From assembly GCA_005878635.1 (NCBI GenBank), contig VBLS01000111.1, positions 1-60,533 of the forward strand: a stretch of DNA of 60,533 nucleotides, read 5' to 3'. A program made the translations under genes and the position numbers. The notes below the pieces were generated by a model. That model saw only the letters and a program-made list of their open reading frames with translations. It did not search any database and was not told the origin of the DNA. Source of the DNA: Methanobacteriota archaeon (GTDB lineage Archaea; Thermoplasmatota; Thermoplasmata; RBG-16-68-12). Numbering within the stretch: position 1 is the stretch's first letter; the number at the start of each line of letters is the position of its first letter. Positions 45,947 to 53,389 of this stretch are shown one piece after another.

Positions 45947-46875
45947 GGCTGCCAGCTCCGCAGCACTTCGAGGGCTCCCTCGCTGAACACCGCGAGCCGG
46001 CCCGGATCGCCGCCGGGCGCGAGGACCTCGGCGTTCAGGCCGGAAGGGCTGACGACCTCGATGCCCGGGAGGTTCCCGAACAACCGGCGCACCTTCGTCG
46101 GGTCCTTGACGACGACGAGCAAGCTCCGCGGCTGGCGATACCTCCGGCCGCGCATCTTGCCCCGACCGGCCCGGACGTGGCGGCCTTCCTTCGCGCGCTC
46201 GACGTCCGACAGCACCCCGAGGCGATCGAGGATCTTGACGCCTTCCCGGGTGGCGCCTCCCTCCGGCTCGAGGGTCTCGAGCCCGTCTTCGACAATCACG
46301 GGGAGGCTCAGCGCCTCCTTGAAATGGTGGCCGCGCGCCGCTACGATCTCCGATTCCTTGAGCGCGGACAGGGCCGCGTTTCGGGCCATCCGCCGCTCCT
46401 TCTCGTTGATCTTCTTGGCCCACACCTTGTCCGGGCGCGGAGGATGCGCGCGACGGCCTCCGACGGTGCCCGGAGCCTGCGCGCCGGTCATCGAGCCGCG
46501 AAGCCGCGGCACTCGGGACACTCCGTGTCCCTTGCCCGACCAGCGGACGGAGTGTCGGATTCCCGACCGGAAGGCGGGGCCGTACGGCTGACGTCGGTTC
46601 GCCTGCGCCGCGGTGACGGCCCGACGGATGAGGTCGAATCGGACGTCGCCCTGGAAAATCGGCGGGAGGTCGACGGACTTGACCACGTCGCCGTCGAGGG
46701 AATAAACGTGAACGCGACCGCCTTCCGGACGAGGAGCCTCCTTCGTCTTCGGGGCCTTCGTCGCCTTCGGAGGTTTCTCGGCCGCGGCCGGCTTCTTCCG
46801 TCGCACCCGCGGCTTCGGCGGCGCCTTCTCTTCTTCCTCGGCCGCCTCTTTCTTCTCCTTCGCGGGGATCCTCAC
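45943..46875 (-). CDS. rpl4: 50S ribosomal protein uL4 with an N-terminal Lys/Glu/Pro-rich extension
   Basis: Core RQPYGPAFRSGIRHSVRWSGKGHGVSRVPR. The N-terminal ~55 aa are low-complexity. The GTG start overlaps the rpl3 stop. Confidence 0.9.
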   Translation of the reverse strand: MRIPAKEKKEAAEEEEKAPPKPRVRRKKPAAAEKPPKATKAPKTKEAPRPEGGRVHVYSLDGDVVKSVDLPPIFQGDVRFDLIRRAVTAAQANRRQPYGPAFRSGIRHSVRWSGKGHGVSRVPRLRGSMTGAQAPGTVGGRRAHPPRPDKVWAKKINEKERRMARNAALSALKESEIVAARGHHFKEALSLPVIVEDGLETLEPEGGATREGVKILDRLGVLSDVERAKEGRHVRAGRGKMRGRRYRQPRSLLVVVKDPTKVRRLFGNLPGIEVVSPSGLNAEVLAPGGDPGRLAVFSEGALEVLRSWQP

Positions 46876-47876
46876 ACCCCCTGCTTCGATTCGCGCGAAA
46901 CGTAGGTGAGATCGGGGGACTTTTCCAGTTTCACGAAGCCGATCCGGGCGGCGTCGCGGAGGCGGATGAGTCGCTTCGCGGGCCCCGGAATTGAACCGTG
47001 GAGCAGGACGTACGAATTACGGACGATCCCGTAAGAGAGGAACCCGCCGCTCGGATTGATCTCCTCACCCTTCTCGCCGATCTTCAAAATCCGCTTGTTG
47101 TACTCCGTCCTCTGATGATACCCGAACTGTCCGCCTTGCGGGACCGTCGGCCGCACGTATCCCGGCTGGAAGTTCCCGAGCGTGCCGATGTTCCGCCGGT
47201 GCTTCGAATTCTTGTGGCTCAGGAGCCGCGTGCCCCATCGGGTGTGGTGCCCCTTCCACCCCTTGCCTTTCGTGATCGCGGCGACGTCGACGATCGATCC
47301 TTCCCGACAGAATTCCGTGACGGCGATGTCCGTCCCGAGCAACTGCTTCGCGTATTTGATGCGGTCCTCGATGGAGCCGCCGCCGACCCGATTCTCCATC
47401 AGATCGGGCTTCTTCTTCGGGACCCCGGTCAGCAACGCCGGCTGCGTGTAGGTTATGAGACGCACGTCGTCGACGTGCGCGGGATCCACCTTTTTCCAAG
47501 CTTCCTCCGCGTCGTAGTCCTTCGGAATCGGGAAGACCCTTCGCAGTTCCTTGTCGAGCTTCGGGCTCCACACCTCCACCTGGGTCCTCAGGCCCTCGGG
47601 CTCCCGATGGTAGAGTCGCACCGCCGCGACGTGCATCGGAGGGACCTCGAGCACGGTGACGGGGATCTGGACCTCCTGACCCGATGTGGTCGAGGTGGGC
47701 CGGTAGTCCACCACGATCGCGTGCGTCATCCCGGCTTTGTAGCCCGCAAAGCCCTGGACCTTCGGGCTGCTTCCGTCCAAGTCGGGCCAACTCGAGAAGT
47801 GGGGAATCGGGCTCTCGCTCCTCTTGCGGGGCGAAAAGCCCATCGAGCCGTGTCGTGGTCGGTGTTCCTTCGGCAT
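46872..47876 (-). CDS. rpl3: 50S ribosomal protein uL3
   Basis: RPRHGSMGFSPRKR...FAGYKAGMTH...KGKGWKGHHTRWG. GGAGG lies upstream of the ATG. Confidence 0.9.
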   Translation of the reverse strand: MPKEHRPRHGSMGFSPRKRSESPIPHFSSWPDLDGSSPKVQGFAGYKAGMTHAIVVDYRPTSTTSGQEVQIPVTVLEVPPMHVAAVRLYHREPEGLRTQVEVWSPKLDKELRRVFPIPKDYDAEEAWKKVDPAHVDDVRLITYTQPALLTGVPKKKPDLMENRVGGGSIEDRIKYAKQLLGTDIAVTEFCREGSIVDVAAITKGKGWKGHHTRWGTRLLSHKNSKHRRNIGTLGNFQPGYVRPTVPQGGQFGYHQRTEYNKRILKIGEKGEEINPSGGFLSYGIVRNSYVLLHGSIPGPAKRLIRLRDAARIGFVKLEKSPDLTYVSRESKQGV

Positions 47877-47957
47877 CGGCGAGTCCTCCGCGCAAAGCGT
47901 TCTCTCGTCGCGTGCAACGAGCCGCGGGCGAATGCCACGCCGCCGTGACGCTGCCTG

Positions 47958-47982
47958 CGGGCCCAGAAGATTCGGGCCCGCA
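47958..47982 (-). promoter_or_regulatory. GC-rich hairpin in the putative leader of the rpl3 operon
   Basis: Perfect 8-bp inverted repeat GCGGGCCC-N9-GGGCCCGC, about 80 nt upstream of the rpl3 ATG. Confidence 0.4.
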
Positions 47983-48053
47983 TTTCCGGGATCCTCAAGC
48001 GGATTGCCCAGGGGCGTCTGGTCGGCGCGTTGGGCCGTCCCTATGGAGGGGGG

Positions 48054-48067
48054 CTATTTAGCTTTTT
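48054..48067 (-). promoter_or_regulatory. candidate BRE/TATA element of the ribosomal protein operon
   Basis: The minus strand reads AAAAAGCTAAATAG, about 180 nt upstream of the rpl3 start. No other AT-rich box lies between it and the gene. Confidence 0.3.
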
Positions 48068-48123
48068 GGAGAAAGACGTGCGTCTCTCGGAGGAAAATGC
48101 GAATGTTCGCGGAAGGGCGGCGC

Positions 48124-48288
48124 TCAGCGGAGAAGGGCTTTCGGTTTCGCCTTCGGGAGATCGAGCGGCTCGATCGCAATCGGCCGCGGCGACTCCTCTT
48201 CTCGTTCCTCGTCCCGTTCGAGTTCGGATTCGTCGGCGATCGCCCGCCAGAGCGCTTTCATCCGTTCGTCATAATACTCGTCGCACAT
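48124..48288 (-). CDS. small acidic hypothetical protein (54 aa form)
   Basis: MCDEYYDERMKALWRAIADESELERDEEREEES... Low-complexity acidic sequence, so coding status is uncertain. The longer 89-aa version would start at 48393. Confidence 0.2.
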   Translation of the reverse strand: MCDEYYDERMKALWRAIADESELERDEEREEESPRPIAIEPLDLPKAKPKALLR

Positions 48289-48393
48289 CGGGCCACCTTC
48301 GGTCCCGTATTTCGGGGAGGATACATCATCATTTGCCAATCTCCGGCCATGGGAGGGTGTTTCGATGAGGCCGGACTCCTCGCCGTCTATCAA

Positions 48394-48409
48394 TTATCCT
48401 GGGGGATAA
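48394..48409 (+). promoter_or_regulatory. dyad TTATC-N6-GATAA upstream of GTPase gene 1
   Basis: TTATCCTGGGGGATAA sits 13 nt upstream of TTTAAG (48423). The ATG at 48451 is about 28 nt after the TATA-like box. Confidence 0.45.
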
Positions 48410-48450
48410 CGCTCCCATAACGTTTAAGCGGGTCTCGCCGGGTATGCCCG

Positions 48451-49032
48451 GTGCCAGGCGGGAATTTTATGGAAGTCAAGAGGATGAAGGTGAAGGTTTG
48501 TCTCATCGGCGAGGCCGCAGTCGGCAAGACCTCCCTCATCCGCCGATTCGTCCTCGACAACTTCGATGACAAGTATATCCAGACCCTTGGCACGAAAGTC
48601 TCGAAGAAGGAACTCGCCTCGCCCAGCCCCGACGGCACGGGCGAACTGAAGATCGACATGACGATCTGGGACATCATGGGCCAGAAAGGATTCCGCGAGC
48701 TCCTCAAGGAGGCCTACTTCTACGGCGCCCGCGGGATTCTCGCGGTGTGCGACGTGACCCGCCGCAAGACGCTCGACGACCTGGACGACTGGATCGAGGG
48801 CGTCTACAGCGTGACCGGCAAGATCCCGATCGAATTCCTGGGGAACAAGGTCGACCTGAAGGACCAGCTCCAGATCACGGAGGACGAAATGGTCCAGGCG
48901 GCGAGGGCCTACGACAGCCCGTTCCACTTCACGTCGGCGAAGGCCGGCGTCAACGTCGAGACCGCGTTCCAATCCCTGGCGGAGCGCGTCGCGAAGGAGC
49001 GATACGCGAGGAAAGTCGTCGCGGAAGAATAA
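48451..49032 (+). CDS. Rab/Ras-like small GTPase, paralogue 1
   Basis: G1 GEAAVGKTS, switch I YIQTLGTKV, G3 WDIMGQKGF, G4 GNKVDL, G5 TSAKAG. 193 aa. Later ATGs are possible starts. Confidence 0.8.
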   Translation: MPGGNFMEVKRMKVKVCLIGEAAVGKTSLIRRFVLDNFDDKYIQTLGTKVSKKELASPSPDGTGELKIDMTIWDIMGQKGFRELLKEAYFYGARGILAVCDVTRRKTLDDLDDWIEGVYSVTGKIPIEFLGNKVDLKDQLQITEDEMVQAARAYDSPFHFTSAKAGVNVETAFQSLAERVAKERYARKVVAEE

Positions 49033-49035
49033 GAA

Positions 49036-49051
49036 TTATCATCGACGAGAA
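49036..49051 (+). promoter_or_regulatory. dyad TTATC-N6-GAGAA upstream of GTPase gene 2
   Basis: TTATCATCGACGAGAA sits 14 nt upstream of TAGATAAG (49066). The ATG at 49095 follows about 29 nt later. Confidence 0.35.
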
Positions 49052-49094
49052 TCGCGTCCTCACGGTAGATAAGACGGAGTCCGTTTCGAACCGC

Positions 49095-49652
49095 ATGATG
49101 GCGACGCCCGCGGTGACCGGCCTGAAGCATATCAAGGCCAAGGTGTGTCTGGTCGGGGATGTCGCCGTAGGAAAGACCTCGCTCATCCGGCGGTTCGTCC
49201 AGGACGAATTCGACGACCGCTACATCGCGACGGTCGGGACGAAGGTCACGAAGAAGACCGTCGAAGTGGAATGGCGGGGTGCGCCCGCAATGCTCGACAT
49301 GATGGTGTGGGACATCATGGGCGAGAAAGGTTTCCGCGCCCTCCTCCGGGACGCGTACTTCGAAGGCTCGCATGGCGTCATCGCGGTCTGCGACCTGACG
49401 CGCAAGGACTCGTTCTACGACCTCAACAACTGGGTCCAGATGATCCGCAAACAGGTCGGGAACGTCCCGATCGTCTTCCTCGGAAACAAGATGGACCTCC
49501 TGGAGCGGCGCGTCGTGAGCGAGGAAGAGCTCGCGCGGATGGGCACAATCCACAGCGCCGCGCATTTCCTCGCATCGGCGAAGACAGGCCACGGCGTGAA
49601 CGAGGCCTTCAAAGCCCTCGCGGATGCGATCGGTCATCACGACGACGCCTGA
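49095..49652 (+). CDS. Rab/Ras-like small GTPase, paralogue 2
   Basis: G1 GDVAVGKTS, switch I YIATVGTKV, G3 WDIMGEKGF, G4 GNKMDL, G5 ASAKTG. 185 aa. Confidence 0.8.
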   Translation: MMATPAVTGLKHIKAKVCLVGDVAVGKTSLIRRFVQDEFDDRYIATVGTKVTKKTVEVEWRGAPAMLDMMVWDIMGEKGFRALLRDAYFEGSHGVIAVCDLTRKDSFYDLNNWVQMIRKQVGNVPIVFLGNKMDLLERRVVSEEELARMGTIHSAAHFLASAKTGHGVNEAFKALADAIGHHDDA

Positions 49653-49684
49653 GCCCACGCCATTTTCGATGGCGTCGCACGCGT

Positions 49685-49702
49685 GTTATCCCCGAAGATA
49701 AC
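49685..49702 (+). promoter_or_regulatory. dyad GTTATC-N6-GATAAC upstream of GTPase gene 3
   Basis: GTTATCCCCGAAGATAAC is a perfect 6-bp dyad. TTTATAA at 49717 lies about 15 nt downstream, and the ATG is at 49760. Confidence 0.45.
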
Positions 49703-49759
49703 CGTTGGGCAACGCCTTTATAACCTGAGGATGGTGGGCGCGATACGCCGAACCAGAGG

Positions 49760-50299
49760 ATGGAAATGGACCGCCAGAAGATGAAGGTGAAAATCTGCCT
49801 CGTCGGGGAAGGCGCCGTCGGCAAGACGTGCCTGATCCGGCGGTTCATCCAGGACCAGTTCGACGATCGGTACATCTCGACCCTCGGGGCGAAGGTCTCG
49901 AAGAAGGAGATCAAGATCGATGGCCCCAACGGCGGGTCCGACATCGACATGACAATCTGGGACATCATGGGCGAGAAGGGATTCCGCGAACTCCTGAAGG
50001 AGGCCTACTTCCACGGGGCCCAGGGAGTCCTCGCCGTCTGCGACGTGACGAGGAAGCAGACGCTCGACGATTTGGCAGACTGGGTCGCGGCGGTCGTCAA
50101 GGTCACAGGCAACGTCCCGATCGAATTCCTCGCGAACAAGGCGGACCTGAAGGATCAGATGGACCTGACCGAGGCTGACATCCGCCGGACCGCGGATTCG
50201 TACCACGCCCCTTACGTGTTCACGTCGGCAAAGACGGGACAGAACGTCGAGGACGCGTTCGCGAAGCTCGCCAAGATGATCGCCACGCGGGCTGCGTAG
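49760..50299 (+). CDS. Rab/Ras-like small GTPase, paralogue 3
   Basis: G1 GEGAVGKTC, switch I YISTLGAKV, G3 WDIMGEKGF, G4 ANKADL, G5 TSAKTG. 179 aa. Confidence 0.8.
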   Translation: MEMDRQKMKVKICLVGEGAVGKTCLIRRFIQDQFDDRYISTLGAKVSKKEIKIDGPNGGSDIDMTIWDIMGEKGFRELLKEAYFHGAQGVLAVCDVTRKQTLDDLADWVAAVVKVTGNVPIEFLANKADLKDQMDLTEADIRRTADSYHAPYVFTSAKTGQNVEDAFAKLAKMIATRAA

Positions 50300-50494
50300 A
50301 TCTCGACGTTCGAACGCGAAACGAGTACGCACCTTTTCGTGCACGCGAACCTTCGTTGGTCAGGCGTTTTCTCTGGAGAAAATTCGGAATTACGAGTGCG
50401 ATTTTCGAAATCTCACGAGTGTGTCCAAGGTCAAAGTGTTTAAGTAGAAGGCTCGTGTATTCAAAGCGACCCTTGCGAGGGGCCGGTCTAGAAG

Positions 50495-52480
50495 ATGGTG
50501 GAGACAGCGGGAGAACCGGAAGAACTCCCGCCCGTGGATTCGTGGATTAACAAGGTCGACTTCCGGTCCACGGCGGAAGTGAAGATCCCCGAACGGCTCG
50601 TGGACCAGGTCATCGGTCAGGAACGGGCCGTCGAAGTCATCCGCAAAGCCGCCGAACAGAAGCGGCATGTCATGTTGATCGGCGACCCGGGCACCGGGAA
50701 GTCGATGTTGGCCCGGGCGATGACGGAACTCCTGCCCCGGGACGACCTCCAAGACATCATCGTGTATCACAATCCCGAGGACCCGAACGAACCCAAGATC
50801 CGCGTCGTCCCCGCGGGCAAGGGCCGGGAGATCGTGAACGCCCAGAAGGCCGAGGCGATGCAACGCCGGGAGCAGAAGGCCTCGATGGTGATGACGATCG
50901 TGTTCTTCATCATCGGCCTGAGCGTCATCCTCTCCTACCAATGGGGCGCGCAGGAGCCGAGCTTCCGCCCGGATGCCCCGAACATCATCCTGTTCGGGAT
51001 CCTGGTCGCGGCGATCATCTACATCGCGACGCGGTACACGGGTCACCGTCAGGAGAACCTGATGGTCCCGAAGCTCCTCGTCAGTCATACGCCCGATGAA
51101 ATGCCGCCTTTCATCGACGCGACGGGGAGTCACGCTGGCGCCCTGCTCGGGGACGTCAAGCACGATCCCTTCCAGAGCGGCGGCCTTGAGACGCCCGCGC
51201 ACGAGCGCGTCGAATCCGGCGCGATCCACAAGGCCCACAAGGGCGTCCTCTTCGTCGACGAGATCAACGTCCTCCGCATGGAGAGCCAGCAGAGCCTGCT
51301 GACCGCGATGCAGGAGAAGAAATTCTCGATCGTCGGCCAGAGCGAGCGCTCGTCCGGCGCCATGGTCAAGACGGAGGCGGTCCCATGCGACTTCATCCTC
51401 GTCGCCGCGGGAAACCTGGACGCGGTCCAGGGGATGCACCCGGCGCTGCGGTCCCGCATCCGCGGATACGGATACGAGATCTACATGAAGGCCACGATGG
51501 TGGACACGGAGGACAACCGCCTCAAGCTGGTCCGGTTCGTCGCGCAGGAGGTCGCGAAAGATCGGAAGATCCCGCACTTCGACCGCACGGCAGTCCTGGA
51601 AATCCTCCGGGAGGCTCAGCGAAGGGCCGGCCGCCGTGGACAGCTCACCCTGCGCCTTCGCGAGTTGGGCGGATTGATCCGCGTCGCGGGGGACATCGCG
51701 CAGGAAGAGGGGACGCCCCTCGTGACGGCGAAGCACGTCCTGAACGCGAAGCGCATCGCGCGCTCCCTCGAGCAGCAGGTCGCGGACCGCATGATCGAGC
51801 GGGGCAAGGAGTACCAGACCTTCATCACGGAAGGATCGATCGTCGGCATGGTGAATGGCCTCGCGGTCCTGGTCGGTGACAACTCGATCGCAGAATTCAG
51901 CGGCATCGTCTTGCCGATCGCCGCCGAGGTGACCCCGGCGCAGGCGAAACAAGGCGGGCGCATCATCGCGACCGGCCGGCTCGGCGAGATCGCGAAGGAG
52001 GCGGTCGAGAACGTCGCCGCGCTGATCAAGAAGTACACCGGCGAGGACATCTCGAACCATGACATCCACGTCCAGTTCGTCGGCTCCCGCGAAGGGACGG
52101 AGGGCGACAGCGCCTCGATCTCCGTCGCGACCGCGGTCATCAGCGCCCTCGAAGAAGTCCCGGTGAACCAGGCGGTCGCGATGACCGGCTCCCTGAGCGT
52201 TCGCGGACAGGTCCTGCCCGTCGGCGGCGTGACCGCCAAGATCGAAGCCGCGGCGGAGCTCGGGATCGAGAAGGTCGTCATCCCGCGGTCGAACATGAAG
52301 GACGTCCTCCTGGAGGACAAGTACCAGGGGAAGATCCAGATCGTCCCCGTCGACACCTTGAGCGAGGTCCTGGAGCAAGCCCTCGTGGGCCCGAAGAAGT
52401 CGGGCCTGATCAGCAAGCTCGCGGCGCTCGTTCCCAAGATGACCCCGGACAAGCCCGGCCTCGGCGCAGTCCCCCACTGA
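50495..52480 (+). CDS. lon: archaeal membrane-bound ATP-dependent Lon protease (LonB)
   Basis: Walker A GDPGTGKSM. Two TM helices are inserted in the AAA+ module (MVMTIVFFIIGLSVIL, ILFGILVAAIIYIA). C-terminal Lon protease domain with GDSASISVATAVISAL and a catalytic Ser-Lys. Confidence 0.9.
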   Translation: MVETAGEPEELPPVDSWINKVDFRSTAEVKIPERLVDQVIGQERAVEVIRKAAEQKRHVMLIGDPGTGKSMLARAMTELLPRDDLQDIIVYHNPEDPNEPKIRVVPAGKGREIVNAQKAEAMQRREQKASMVMTIVFFIIGLSVILSYQWGAQEPSFRPDAPNIILFGILVAAIIYIATRYTGHRQENLMVPKLLVSHTPDEMPPFIDATGSHAGALLGDVKHDPFQSGGLETPAHERVESGAIHKAHKGVLFVDEINVLRMESQQSLLTAMQEKKFSIVGQSERSSGAMVKTEAVPCDFILVAAGNLDAVQGMHPALRSRIRGYGYEIYMKATMVDTEDNRLKLVRFVAQEVAKDRKIPHFDRTAVLEILREAQRRAGRRGQLTLRLRELGGLIRVAGDIAQEEGTPLVTAKHVLNAKRIARSLEQQVADRMIERGKEYQTFITEGSIVGMVNGLAVLVGDNSIAEFSGIVLPIAAEVTPAQAKQGGRIIATGRLGEIAKEAVENVAALIKKYTGEDISNHDIHVQFVGSREGTEGDSASISVATAVISALEEVPVNQAVAMTGSLSVRGQVLPVGGVTAKIEAAAELGIEKVVIPRSNMKDVLLEDKYQGKIQIVPVDTLSEVLEQALVGPKKSGLISKLAALVPKMTPDKPGLGAVPH

Positions 52481-52497
52481 GCTTCCGGAGAGAGCCT

Positions 52498-52665
52498 GTG
52501 GACGAGGGCCTTGAACCGTTCGAGTTCTCGGAACCGATGCCTTGCTACGAGGTCAACGCGGCGATCCCGTCCGTCCACGACGACGGCCGGTGCATCCATT
52601 GCCGCAAGTTCCTCACGCTCGAGTGCCCGTACATCGGCCACTTCGTCGGAGAGGACGACGAATGA
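52498..52665 (+). CDS. small four-cysteine protein (55 aa, not in ORF track)
   Basis: Manual translation gives VDEGLEPFEFSEPMPCYEVNAAIPSVHDDGRCIHCRKFLTLECPYIGHFVGEDDE. The GTG is preceded by GGAGAGAG. The stop overlaps the NMNAT ATG (ATGA). Confidence 0.35.
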   Translation: MDEGLEPFEFSEPMPCYEVNAAIPSVHDDGRCIHCRKFLTLECPYIGHFVGEDDE

Positions 52666-53210
52666 CGGGACGCGCCTTCTTCATCGGCCGGTTCCAGCCC
52701 TTCCACCGCGGACACCTCGCGATGGTGCGGCGGATCCTGGAATCGAACGAGGAGATCATCGTCGGAATCGGCTCGGCCCAGTACAGCCACACGGGCGAAA
52801 ATCCCTTCACGGCCGGGGAGCGGTACGAGATGATCAAGAGGGCCCTCGACGCGGAAGGGATCCACAACTACCACATCGTCCCAATCCCCGACACCCACGT
52901 GCACAGCGTGTGGGTCAGCCATGTCACGTCCCTCGTCCCGCGCTTCGACGTGGTCTACACGAACTCTGATCTCGTCGTGCGCCTGTTCCGGGAGCACGGC
53001 CTGAAGGTGCTCTCGCCACCACTGCTGGACCGCGAGCGCCTCTCGGGGACCACGGTCCGCCACCGGATCCTCAAGGGGGAGGATTGGGAGTCCCTCGTCC
53101 CCGCGGTGGTCGCGGCGTACATCAAAGAGATCGATGGGACCGAGCGCATCCGCGAGACGCACAAGTACTCGACGCCGTACGGCACTCGCGAAAACCACGA
53201 GGACGCCTGA
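52662..53210 (+). CDS. nadM: nicotinamide-nucleotide adenylyltransferase (archaeal type)
   Basis: FIGRFQPFHRGHLAMV (HxGH motif), GIGSAQ, and the SGTTVR motif. 182 aa. Confidence 0.85.
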   Translation: MTGRAFFIGRFQPFHRGHLAMVRRILESNEEIIVGIGSAQYSHTGENPFTAGERYEMIKRALDAEGIHNYHIVPIPDTHVHSVWVSHVTSLVPRFDVVYTNSDLVVRLFREHGLKVLSPPLLDRERLSGTTVRHRILKGEDWESLVPAVVAAYIKEIDGTERIRETHKYSTPYGTRENHEDA

Positions 53211-53389
53211 GAAAGGAACCCGTCCGCGACTCCCCACGAGGACGGGCTTAGGCAGGCATCCCTCCAAACGAGGATTTCGTCTCGAGATTCCTGCCGAGAA
53301 GTAGACCAACCCCTTCGGGGATAAGGCCATATTACCAATTGGTTACCAGGCCTTGTTCCGTTCGGTACCAGTCGTTCGGCGAGCCAGTA

